64,000 nt of DNA from Candidatus Latescibacterota bacterium (GTDB lineage: Bacteria > Latescibacterota > UBA2968 > GCA-2709665): positions 5,152,001 through 5,216,000 of the forward strand of contig OZ250150.1 of the NCBI GenBank assembly GCA_965237675.1, given 5' to 3'. Shown one piece after another: positions 31,377 through 40,621 of this stretch (positions within the stretch are counted from its first letter, which is position 1; each line of letters begins with the position of its first letter). Below the pieces are notes generated by a model that searched no databases, was not told the origin of the DNA, and saw nothing but the letters and a program-made list of their open reading frames with translations. A program made the position numbers and the translations under genes.

Positions 31377-32453
31377 CTAACCGGCTGCGCGGACCCCCGC
31401 TTCTTCCATCGTACCCAGGCCCAGACCCCGCAGGTCCGCCATTGTGTTTGTTTCCTCGGCCTCGTACAGTTTCCATATCACCTTGAGTCCTTCAAGGCTG
31501 GATACGGGATCGGTCAACGGCTTTTGACCGGTCTCGATACAATCGATAAAATGCGCCATCTCCACTTCCGTGGGTTTGGTGTGTTTTTCCTCCAGCAACA
31601 CGATCTCCCGCTGTCCGGGATCGTGCTCGCCGGGCACGTGCTTTTCAACATCACCCAGGTACACGACTCGTCCCGTGCGCAGATGCAGTTCCACCATCCC
31701 CTTCTCGCAATGCGCGTGAAAGGAATATCCAAGCCGGGTGCCCCGAGCCCCCCAGGTGCCGAAATGATACCCAAGGACGCCGTCCTCAAACTCGATGCAC
31801 ACATTGCTCGTGCCCTCTCTCTCCATCCACGGCGTTCCCCGATTGGTGCCCAGGTGCACGCCCTTCACCGGTCTGCCCAGCATCCACAGCATTAAATCGA
31901 CATAGTGACAGCCGTGGCTGAAAAATTGGCCGCCACCGAGAGTACCGGCCCTGCAGTGCCAACTCTCCGGCTCGCGCTGCGTATGCTGCTCGGTCCAGAT
32001 CGATAACTGGAAGGCCTCGCCAAATGTCTTGTTGTCCAGCGCTTCCTTGAACTTCAGAACCAGGGGATGAAACCGCATGCAGTAGGCCACCATCAGGACA
32101 CGGTCGTTCCTTTGAGCAGCCTCGATCATCTGCAGGCATTCCCGCTCACTGTTGGCCATCGGCTTTTCCACCAGCACGTGCTTGCCCGCATCCAGACAAC
32201 GAACCGTTACCGGATGGTGAAGATGATGCGGCAGCACCACAAGCACGGCGTCCACGTGGTCCAGGACCTCTTCATAGTCCGTCGCAACCAATGGCTCATT
32301 GGGGAAAACCCCCGCAACCGTCTGCGCCCGCGCCAGATCAATATCCACCACGGCCGAAATCTCCACGCGGTGCAGAACCTCACTCATCCGGCTGGCATGG
32401 CCCCGTGCCATTCCACCACATCCGATAATTCCCACCCTTGTTCGCCGTGCCAT
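31377..32453 (-). CDS. Gfo/Idh/MocA family oxidoreductase
   Basis: GIIGCG, GKHVLVEKPMA, GGG....HGCHYVD. Confidence 0.93.
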   Translation of the reverse strand: MARRTRVGIIGCGGMARGHASRMSEVLHRVEISAVVDIDLARAQTVAGVFPNEPLVATDYEEVLDHVDAVLVVLPHHLHHPVTVRCLDAGKHVLVEKPMANSERECLQMIEAAQRNDRVLMVAYCMRFHPLVLKFKEALDNKTFGEAFQLSIWTEQHTQREPESWHCRAGTLGGGQFFSHGCHYVDLMLWMLGRPVKGVHLGTNRGTPWMEREGTSNVCIEFEDGVLGYHFGTWGARGTRLGYSFHAHCEKGMVELHLRTGRVVYLGDVEKHVPGEHDPGQREIVLLEEKHTKPTEVEMAHFIDCIETGQKPLTDPVSSLEGLKVIWKLYEAEETNTMADLRGLGLGTMEEAGVRAAG

Positions 32454-32484
32454 TTCTCTTTCCTCCGTTTCTCCTCGATCGGAT

Positions 32485-33522
32485 TTATGACCCTTCTCCG
32501 TCTTCCCATTCGAAGATCACTTTGCCCGTCGCTCCGGTATCGAAGGTCGCGAACGCTTCACGCGCCTGCTCGATACGAAAGCGATGGGTCACGATTTCGT
32601 CCAGCGGAACCCGGTGCGTCTGCAGAAACGCGACGGCATCGAAATAAGCGCCCATCGAATACACGGAATTGCCTCTGAGCGTCAGCTCTTTTCGAAGGAT
32701 ATCCATAAAGTCAATCTCAAGCGACGCGGCGCCGGCACCCACATAAACCACCGTCCCGTGCAATCCCGCGACCGCCGCCGCCTGTGTACGCGCGGCGCCA
32801 CTCCCCGAGCACTCCACAACCCCGGCCGCTCCTTGTCCGCCTGTCAGATCTCCGATCGCCTCAACCGGGTCGTTCTCCTTTGCGTTTATCACAGCCCCGC
32901 CACCGATACGTTCCGCAAGATCTATCCTGTACGGGTTGATGTCCACGCCGAACGTCCGATATCCCATCGACGCGCCCATCAACAGCGTTGTTAAACCTAC
33001 CGGCCCCAAACCGAACACCACAAGCGGGTCACCGTGACGCCCGGGCACCTTGTTTACAGCCGAAAAGGCAGTCCCCGCTGTGCACGCCAACTGCGTTCCA
33101 ACAGCAAACGAGAAATTATCCGGAAGCGGCATACAGTACCGTGCGTCCGTAACCATATAGTCTGCATGGGCACCGTCACGAGTCCGGCCAAAAGCTCCCT
33201 GGCCCGAACAGAACACGGGCGTCCCGGATAGGCAGACCGCACAATGTCCGCACCCCACCGTGTGATAAACACTGACCCTGTCACCCGCGGACACATTCGA
33301 AACATCCGCCCCCACCTCAGCCACAATCCCGGCAGGTTCGTGTCCGGAAATCATCCCCTCCCGCTCCCGCGCCCACTCCCGGCTACTTTGATATTTGTGC
33401 AGATCACTCCCGCAGAGGCCGGCCACCCTCATTTCAATGACCACCTGTCCGGGTCCGGGTTCCGGCGTGTCAAATTCCCGAACTTCCACTTCACTTTCGC
33501 CGAGATACACGACACCCTTCAT
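32485..33522 (-). CDS. zinc-binding (MDR) alcohol/sugar dehydrogenase
   Basis: CGSDLH, GHE, CGHCAVC.......C structural Zn site, GLGPVG. Confidence 0.93.
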   Translation of the reverse strand: MKGVVYLGESEVEVREFDTPEPGPGQVVIEMRVAGLCGSDLHKYQSSREWAREREGMISGHEPAGIVAEVGADVSNVSAGDRVSVYHTVGCGHCAVCLSGTPVFCSGQGAFGRTRDGAHADYMVTDARYCMPLPDNFSFAVGTQLACTAGTAFSAVNKVPGRHGDPLVVFGLGPVGLTTLLMGASMGYRTFGVDINPYRIDLAERIGGGAVINAKENDPVEAIGDLTGGQGAAGVVECSGSGAARTQAAAVAGLHGTVVYVGAGAASLEIDFMDILRKELTLRGNSVYSMGAYFDAVAFLQTHRVPLDEIVTHRFRIEQAREAFATFDTGATGKVIFEWEDGEGS

Positions 33523-33879
33523 GCCCTCATCTCCCGATTATTGGATTCCCGGGTCAATTCCACCATCCTTCTCACGGCGTACCCCGTGCGCATCTGCGTT
33601 CCACATTTCCAGAATGCGCCGCAGTCTGCAATTGAAATCTCCCCGTTGATTGCCTATCTTGGGTTCCGCGCCGAACTGATGGGAGGACGGTCGATCCGAA
33701 TGGCGTTGCGAATGTCCGGACCGCGTCGTCGGAATCCGCCTGCAAATAACGGTGCTTACACGCCTGAAAAGCGTTATCCTTTATGGGAATCGGGCCACCC
33801 GCTATGATCGTTTAGCCATGATACTGCGAACCCCGACCCCATGCAAGGAGACATTGTATCGGAACGCCGACAAAGCGCC

Positions 33880-34261
33880 ACCCATTCCCTCGCAGGCGCC
33901 CTCGGATCCGTTTCACGGCGCGCCGGGCAGATCGCAATCGCGCGCGAAAAATCCGAAATCCACGACATGGCGGAAACCTACCGGCAGAGAATCTCGTTCT
34001 GCTACGATGCCCTGGGTTCGACATACGGTATCAAGGTCAGTCCTCCCGAGGGGGCATTTTTCCTCTTTCCCCGGGTTGAGGGCGTCAGGGAACTCGTTCG
34101 CGTTCGCGCTTGAACTGCTCAGGCGACGGAAAGTCTCGGTTGCCCCGGGCATCGCTTTCGGCATTGGCGGTGAAGAATCGGTCCGCCTCTGCTGCGCCCC
34201 AGACCCATCTGTATTGGAACCTGCAATGGAACGTTTCTGTCGATTTGTGGAACAGAGATGA
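33880..34261 (+). pseudogene. class I/II PLP aminotransferase C-terminal remnant with a frameshift
   Basis: YRQR...YDAL..GIKVSPPEGAFFLFPRV in one frame continues as SFAFALELL...KVSVAPGIAFGIGGEESVRLC in another (shift near 34088); the N-terminal ~70% is missing; start approximate. Confidence 0.78.
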
Positions 34262-34353
34262 AAAACACCGCTATTGACACGAGTCTCTAACCGTTGGCGT
34301 CGTTTCCGGGAAATTGGACGGGATGAAGCCAACCGTACGAATGGGAGAACCAT

Positions 34354-36084
34354 ATGAAGGATACAGGCATTTCCGAACCCCGATACAAGGTACGAGTAGA
34401 ACGTAATGTACCCGTAACCATGCGAGACGGCGCCGTCCTTCGAGCCGACATTTACCGTCCTGAAGAGGACGGGAAATACCCCGTCGTCGTGGAGCGGGTC
34501 GCCTACGAACTTGTCGGCCGGTGCACATCCAACGGGGAATTCTACGCAAGCCGGGGATTCGTCTTCGTGGGACAGAACGTACGCGGGACCTTCGCCTCCG
34601 AAGGCGATTGGCGACCCTTCCGCGACGACGGCTGGGGCGCCAACCGCGACGGATACGACACCATCGAATGGGCCGGAGTACAACCCTGGTCCAACGGTCA
34701 TGTGGGGATGGCCGACGGTTCCTATTCCGGTTTCACGCAGTACATGGTCGCGCCCACACGGCCTCCGCACCTGAAAGCGCTTTACGTGCGAGAGGGTGGC
34801 GGTGACCATTACAGCGGCTTCTGGTACCGGTATGGCGCGTATTCCCTGCCGTTCCGGAAATGGGCGATGCAGACTCTCCTGTCCCAGTTGGAACACGGAA
34901 GCGCCCCTCCGGGACTGGAGGCCGCACGTGCGCGCCTGACAGCGGCGTTGGATGAATTCCAAGACTGGGAGCGACACCTCCCACTCAAATCCCTCCCTCC
35001 CCTGGAAGGACTGCTCGATTGGTACTTTGAAGACCTCGACCACCCCGAAGACGGCGCCTACTGGTGGCCCACCAATATCAGCTCAAGATACGGCGACATA
35101 GAAACTCCTATGCTCCACTTTGGCGCCTGGTTCGATGTGTTCCTGGACGGCACGTTGCAGTGCTTCCAGGGCATTCGAAGACACGGTCGCACCAGGGCCT
35201 GCCGGGAAGGACAACGCCTGCTCATCGGACCCTGGATCCACGGTCCGGGGAATGCGGCAAAACAGGTCGCCGGCGAACTTGACTTCGGCCCCGATGCGGC
35301 CTTCGACATGAACGCGCACCGCCTGAAATGGTATGATTACTGGCTGAAGGGAATGGACAACGGCGTCATGGATGGCCCGCCAGTACGTATTTTCCTGATG
35401 GGAGAAAACCGCTGGCTGGACCTGGAAGACTGGCCGCCGGCCGGCATCACCTACCGGCCCGCGTATTTCCGCGAAGGATCCGGCAAGAATCAGTATTCGC
35501 TCAACAACGGCGGTCTGACCTTCGATCCGCCGCGTACGTCTGAACATCCCGACAGTCTTGCCTACGACCCGAACGACCCCATGCCCGGCCTGCGCTTCTA
35601 TCCCACGCTGGGGCCCATGGACCATCAGCACCTGGAAAGCGGAATGCTCACCTACACCTCGGCAGAACTGAAACGGGATCTGACCGTAATTGGCCCCGTC
35701 AAAGCCATTTTACACGCCCTGTCCTCAGCCCCGGATACAGACTGGGTGGTCAGACTCTGTGACGTGTGGCCGGATGGCCGTTCCATGCCCGTCTGCGACG
35801 GCATCCTGAGGGCGCGATTCCGAAACTCGTTGCAACGCCCCGAACTGTTGACGCCGGGCAGGATCTACAGGTTTGAAATAGACATGTCCGCCACGGGTCA
35901 GGTGTTCCAGGCGGGGCACTGCCTGCGCATAGAAATTACCAGCAGCGATTTCCCCCGGTACGACCGAAATTTGAACACCGGAGGCCCCTTCGGCGAAGAA
36001 ACGATTGGACAGGTCGCGGTCAACACCGTTTTCCACGACGCAAATCGGCCGTCATACGTCGTGTTGCCCGTTATGGATGCGTGA
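34354..36084 (+). CDS. CocE/NonD family serine hydrolase
   Basis: MRDGAVLRADIYRP, RGTFASEG, QPWSNG, GSYSG nucleophile, WFD, GPWIH, SSDFPRYDRN. Confidence 0.93.
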   Translation: MKDTGISEPRYKVRVERNVPVTMRDGAVLRADIYRPEEDGKYPVVVERVAYELVGRCTSNGEFYASRGFVFVGQNVRGTFASEGDWRPFRDDGWGANRDGYDTIEWAGVQPWSNGHVGMADGSYSGFTQYMVAPTRPPHLKALYVREGGGDHYSGFWYRYGAYSLPFRKWAMQTLLSQLEHGSAPPGLEAARARLTAALDEFQDWERHLPLKSLPPLEGLLDWYFEDLDHPEDGAYWWPTNISSRYGDIETPMLHFGAWFDVFLDGTLQCFQGIRRHGRTRACREGQRLLIGPWIHGPGNAAKQVAGELDFGPDAAFDMNAHRLKWYDYWLKGMDNGVMDGPPVRIFLMGENRWLDLEDWPPAGITYRPAYFREGSGKNQYSLNNGGLTFDPPRTSEHPDSLAYDPNDPMPGLRFYPTLGPMDHQHLESGMLTYTSAELKRDLTVIGPVKAILHALSSAPDTDWVVRLCDVWPDGRSMPVCDGILRARFRNSLQRPELLTPGRIYRFEIDMSATGQVFQAGHCLRIEITSSDFPRYDRNLNTGGPFGEETIGQVAVNTVFHDANRPSYVVLPVMDA

Positions 36085-36189
36085 CCTATATTCTCAAATC
36101 CACTGTGAATCTCTCTCGGCTCGCGAATTCGTGCATCGACGCAGGGCTTTTCAGAACTGCACGTCGGTTCTGTGCGGGGCTCCCGCAGC

Positions 36190-37653
36190 TTATTCTTCGG
36201 GAAACACATTACATTCTGGAGGCGCCCTCCAGAAACCCGCCAAATCGTGATCCACGGCCCCAGCCCACCGCCGTAACACACGCCTCCCCGCCGTCCGGCG
36301 TTGCAGTTTCGGCCCGATCGCGCCCCCGTCCCACCCTTCCAGAACCCGAGCCAGAAGCGCGGCCTTCACCTCTGCGCAGGCGGGATCGCCCGCCCGGTCT
36401 TCAAACTCCTGGGGATCCACATCGAGGTTGAACAGCTGCGGTTCATCGTATCCGTGGTAGGTGTTCAGTTTCCACGGGCCCTGGCGAACCATCCGCGCCG
36501 GCGGCTCGTCGGCGCCGCTGTAATTCTCCGAAAAGGTCTCATTCACCCAGGCAGCCGACCGCCCGTCCCCCTCCAGAAAACACCTCAGGCTCCGGCCTGC
36601 AACTTCCGGCAGCGGATCTCCACCCGCCAGGTCGATCATCGTAGGACCCACATCCAGAAGGCTTGTTACCGCATCCACGCGCCGCCCTTCTCCGAATCGC
36701 CCCGGAAAAGACACAATCATCGGCACGCCGGCAGACCCCTCGTAGAAGCTGCTCTTCCACCACATCCCGTGTTCGCCGGCCATCTCCCCATGATCCGAGA
36801 GATAGATCACCGCCGTATTCTCTCCGTACGACGTTGACGCCAGTGTCTCCAGCAACCGTCCGATCAGACCATCCAAAAACGTAACGAGTCCATAGTAGGC
36901 CGCACGTGCTCTGCGCACCGCTTCTTCGCTCAGTCCGTTTACGCCGCGCTTCTCACGCCAAAGACGGATCGCCGGATGCAGCCGGTCCAGGTAGCCCTCC
37001 GGCAACTCCGGAAGTTCCACCCGATGGTAATATTCTTCGTATAAGTCCTTGGGACAGATGAAGGGGCAATGCGGCAGCACATACCCCGTCATCAGACAGA
37101 AGGGTTGCTCGGCGCCAGTCCGGTCGCGGCGCGCAAGAAATTCACAACACGCTTCGGTCACCGCCACGTCGTAAGCCTGGTAGGATGTGCGCCCCGGTCC
37201 CGAAATTTCGACCGACCGACGGGATTGGCCCGTCGTCCCCGTTGGAATATGCCCCAGGTCGGGACCGGGTCCACCGGGAAACGGTCCCGACACATCTCCC
37301 ATAATACGCTGTTCGAAGCCGTGCCGCTGGTCCGGCCCCACATAGTGCATCCTGCCGCCCAACACCGTTTCGTATCCCACCAACCCGAGACCGTGCGCGA
37401 ATGTCGGAATATCCGACCTCAGAAAACAGGCATTGGACCACACCTCGATGTCAGAGGAATGCCGACCCGTGAGAAAAGTCATCCGCGACGGCACGCAAAG
37501 CGGCGATCCACAATAGGTATTCTCGAATAGCACGCCGCGTTCCGCCAGGGCGTCGAGGTGTGGCGTACGGACAATCCGATCCCCGCCACAACCCATATAC
37601 CGCCGGTTGTGCTGGTCTGACATAATCACCAGAAAATTCGGCTGGTCCGGCAA
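36190..37653 (-). CDS. sulfatase (choline-sulfatase-like, Cys type)
   Basis: PNFLVIMSDQH, LCVPSR, GRMH, PHCP, SDHGEMAGEHGMWWK; TTG start. Confidence 0.92.
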   Translation of the reverse strand: MPDQPNFLVIMSDQHNRRYMGCGGDRIVRTPHLDALAERGVLFENTYCGSPLCVPSRMTFLTGRHSSDIEVWSNACFLRSDIPTFAHGLGLVGYETVLGGRMHYVGPDQRHGFEQRIMGDVSGPFPGGPGPDLGHIPTGTTGQSRRSVEISGPGRTSYQAYDVAVTEACCEFLARRDRTGAEQPFCLMTGYVLPHCPFICPKDLYEEYYHRVELPELPEGYLDRLHPAIRLWREKRGVNGLSEEAVRRARAAYYGLVTFLDGLIGRLLETLASTSYGENTAVIYLSDHGEMAGEHGMWWKSSFYEGSAGVPMIVSFPGRFGEGRRVDAVTSLLDVGPTMIDLAGGDPLPEVAGRSLRCFLEGDGRSAAWVNETFSENYSGADEPPARMVRQGPWKLNTYHGYDEPQLFNLDVDPQEFEDRAGDPACAEVKAALLARVLEGWDGGAIGPKLQRRTAGRRVLRRWAGAVDHDLAGFWRAPPECNVFPEE

Positions 37654-37715
37654 GACAGGCCCCCCGCCCTTAGTTACTCTGACCTGAATCCGTTTTTTAA
37701 CGACGTACCAATATG

Positions 37716-38954
37716 TCAGGGAGCGCCCGAGCCGGATAGCGTCGCGAGCCGGATACGATGGTTGAACGTATCGGCAATATAGAGGTATCCGTTTGCCTCA
37801 TCAAACGCGACCCCCGCAGGCCGGTTCAACGCGGCCAACGTGGCTGGACCGCCGTCTCCGCTGAACCCCGCCTGCCCGTTTCCGGCCACCGTTGTAATCA
37901 TTCCGGAAGCCAGATCGATCGCCCGGATGCGGTGGTTCATCTCATCGGCGACGTACAACCTCCCGTCCGGGCCGAACTGAAGATCGCGCGGATTGTTCAA
38001 ACTCGCCTGTATGGCAGGGCCGCCGTCCCCACTGAACCCCGCGGCACCCGTGCCCGCAACGGTATCGATCCGATCCCTTTCAAAGTCCACACGTCGAATC
38101 CGCTGATTGTGCGTATCGGAAATAAAGAGCTTGCCATCCGGCGCCAGGGCCAATCCGCCAGCTGGCGGGGGATTGTTGCCTGCAGGGAAGTTCAGTTGCG
38201 CCATATGGGGAGGACCGCCGTCGCCACTGAATCCGGCCGCGCCCGTACCCACAACCGTGGTAATGACGCCATTGGGATCGATCTTTCGCACCCGCAGATT
38301 GCGCTGATCCAGAACATAGAGCGTATTGTCGGGAGCAAGCACCGTCTGCGAAGGATAGTTCAGAAGCGCATCCTCCGCGGGACCGCCGTCGCCCGCAAAA
38401 TCCGGCGTATCTCCCAGGAATACCCTCACCCTGCCACTGCCAGGGTCGAAAAGGCGCAGCTTGTGGTTTCGCCAGGCCGTCAGCAGAAATGCCCCGCCCG
38501 AAAGCTGGATGAGATGCGTCGGATGACTCAGATTGACGGACTTCCCCGACGCCCCCGGCGGGATCCGCTCGGATTGCCCGTAGGATCCGTCGCCCATAAA
38601 GCCGCTGCCGATCGCCGTCTCCAGCGTGCTATCGCCTATGGCCGCCCGCCGAACGCGATGGTTGTTCCAATCCAGAACATATACACGGCCCTCGGGCGTA
38701 ACCATCACATCGACCGGCCAGTAGAACGTAGAAAGCAACAGCACGCTGCCGTCTCCGTCCCAACCCGCATCTCCGGTTCCCGCCCAGGTGCAGATCGTCC
38801 CGGGCGTATCCGAACAGAGCGACGGCGGAGCAATGGGTTCGTCGTCGTCGGAATCGATCGGGTTGTCGTCACCGCAAGCCGCCAGAAAACAGGCCAGCAC
38901 CCCGACACAAAGCCAGAACCTGCCCCGCCGCAATCTCTCCATACCAATTCGCAT
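37716..38954 (-). CDS. NHL-repeat beta-propeller lipoprotein
   Basis: LAAC lipobox; repeated TVAGTG.AGFSGDGGPA..A.LN.P....D....LYIAD..NHRIR. Confidence 0.9.
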   Translation of the reverse strand: MRIGMERLRRGRFWLCVGVLACFLAACGDDNPIDSDDDEPIAPPSLCSDTPGTICTWAGTGDAGWDGDGSVLLLSTFYWPVDVMVTPEGRVYVLDWNNHRVRRAAIGDSTLETAIGSGFMGDGSYGQSERIPPGASGKSVNLSHPTHLIQLSGGAFLLTAWRNHKLRLFDPGSGRVRVFLGDTPDFAGDGGPAEDALLNYPSQTVLAPDNTLYVLDQRNLRVRKIDPNGVITTVVGTGAAGFSGDGGPPHMAQLNFPAGNNPPPAGGLALAPDGKLFISDTHNQRIRRVDFERDRIDTVAGTGAAGFSGDGGPAIQASLNNPRDLQFGPDGRLYVADEMNHRIRAIDLASGMITTVAGNGQAGFSGDGGPATLAALNRPAGVAFDEANGYLYIADTFNHRIRLATLSGSGAP

Positions 38955-39066
38955 CTGCGCTTCCCCTCACACCTTGTCCCATCTGACCGGCCTGCCTGTG
39001 TCCTGTCCCGGAAAGAGATTGCCTCCTCTCGTCACAAAAGTCGCTTGCGGCCGGCCATCACGACCG

Positions 39067-40206
39067 TCAGAAGTCACTCGCGCACCGGAATCCGATCTTG
39101 TCATCCGTCGCAAACGGCGCATCGAACCATCGCGTGGTCGTGTCGGCAAGGTCCCGGAATGCCCACGAACCTCCCCGCAGCACCCGGTTCGCGCCCGTCT
39201 CCCCGCCCCTGGGATTTTCTCTTGGTGAATTGCTATAATAAAACGGGTCGAACCAGTCCTCGCACCATTCCCAGGCATTGCCGGACATATGGTGCGCCCC
39301 ATAGGGGCTTACACCCTTCGGATGGCTGCCGATGTCCACCGTACGGCCCACAAGATCGCCGATATTCGCATGCTCAGGCGTGGGTGTCGCTGTTCCCCAC
39401 GGGTAGGGCCGCCCATCCGTGCCACGAGCCGCCTTTTCCCACTGGGCTTCGGTGGGCAGGCGCATTCCGCGCCATTCGCAGTATGCCCTGGCGCCAAACC
39501 AGGTCACGTTCGTCACCGCCCGGTTGGCGAGATAAAACGCCTTCAGCACATATTCATCTTTGATGGTACGCCCCAGGTCTTCGCTTTCCTCATCATCGTC
39601 CCCTTCGAGCCCGGCCAGTACGTCTATTGAAATCCGGATATCGGCCTCTCTGGAATCCAAATTGTAGAGCACATTGTCTTCTGAGTCCAGGTTCCGATTC
39701 GCCGCATTCCGGTATGCGATATCCTCGTCGGTTTGCCATGGGGCCGTACGGCCGACCGTTTTGGTGCCCCGGTTCCTGTCGTTCAGGAACGCGATAAACT
39801 GAACGTTGTTCACCTCGTACTTGTCAATCCGGAACGCGTCCAGGTAGACGACATGTTCCGGCCCGTCCGGAGGCAGCCCCCGGTCGGTACCCATAATGAA
39901 ATCTCCCGCCGGAACCTCGAGGAGTTCATGCTTGAGTCTCGGCACCACGGGTCCGTCGACCACCTTCCGTCCGAAGAAAGATGCGAAAATCTCAAAGTCG
40001 GGCGCGTCGACCGTGCGGCTGCCGTCCAAATCGTATATCGCGTCTTCCGTTTGATAAGCCCGTGCAAAAAGGACAAAATCGGTCAGATCGATGATTCCAT
40101 TGCCGTCAAAGTCCACATCCTCAATGGTGATCCTGTCGGCCCACGCGCGCGCCGGGCAAAGTGCGAGTAAGACAGACAGGGCAAAACACAGAAGCACCTG
40201 CGCCAT
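39067..40206 (-). CDS. secreted SUMF1/FGE-fold (CLec-like) protein with N-terminal dockerin-like paired EF-hand
   Basis: signal peptide ending AWA; DFDGNGIIDLTDF..DLDGSRTVDAPDF; FIMG, RLPTEAQWEKAARG, MSGNAWEW, RGGSW, GFRC; start 40206 or 40224. Confidence 0.87.
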   Translation of the reverse strand: MAQVLLCFALSVLLALCPARAWADRITIEDVDFDGNGIIDLTDFVLFARAYQTEDAIYDLDGSRTVDAPDFEIFASFFGRKVVDGPVVPRLKHELLEVPAGDFIMGTDRGLPPDGPEHVVYLDAFRIDKYEVNNVQFIAFLNDRNRGTKTVGRTAPWQTDEDIAYRNAANRNLDSEDNVLYNLDSREADIRISIDVLAGLEGDDDEESEDLGRTIKDEYVLKAFYLANRAVTNVTWFGARAYCEWRGMRLPTEAQWEKAARGTDGRPYPWGTATPTPEHANIGDLVGRTVDIGSHPKGVSPYGAHHMSGNAWEWCEDWFDPFYYSNSPRENPRGGETGANRVLRGGSWAFRDLADTTTRWFDAPFATDDKIGFRCASDF

Positions 40207-40247
40207 GTGCGAATTCTCCTTCACCGGCGTATGTTCCCGAACATTAG

Positions 40248-40407
40248 CAGCCCGTTGAAAAAGTCCATCCGGTCTGCGGCCGGCTCTTGTGACCGAATTA
40301 CTGCGTTGCGTTCCCTCTCCGAATCCCCCGATTCGACTCGGTCGCGCGCCTCGTCTTCGGTCACAATGTCTCGGCCTCGCCTGCAGAGCAACTTTTCCAA
40401 CGGACTG
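40248..40407. mobile_element. 160-bp MITE-like element
   Basis: 17-bp terminal inverted repeats (CAGCCCGTTGAAAAAGT / ACTTTTCCAACGGACTG, 15/17 match), TTAG direct repeat on both flanks, internal perfect TTGTGACCGAA/TTCGGTCACAA. Confidence 0.72.
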
Positions 40408-40621
40408 TTAGACGACCTCTCTGGCGTTTTCTTTCGCGCGTCGGATGACAGCGCAAAGTATCTTCGCGTCGGTCCGCGCGCCACGACATCACATCAAATT
40501 GAACCGAAGGATTCCCACCCACCGGAGGGAGTTCGGTTTACCGAAAGACGTATCCCGGGCGGTTTCGGTGGATACACGAGTGGAACCTATTGGCGCCTTT
40601 CAGACGTGTTTTCGAAACGGC

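Noticed and set aside
34274-34305. TTGACA upstream of the CocE gene as a promoter
   Set aside because: No credible -10 element at 16-18 nt spacing.
37740-38450. Periodic DNA repeats suggestive of a CRISPR array
   Set aside because: They are degenerate coding NHL repeats (GFSGDGGP) inside an ORF, with no identical repeats, unique spacers or cas genes.
39067-39300. Diversity-generating retroelement target (C-terminal CLec/FGE fold)
   Set aside because: No reverse transcriptase and no adenine-variant template repeat was seen in the window.
39067-40206. FGE-domain gene as the sulfatase-maturing enzyme
   Set aside because: It lacks the catalytic Cys pair after RGGS (reads RGGSWAFRDL) and is secreted, while both sulfatases lack signal peptides.
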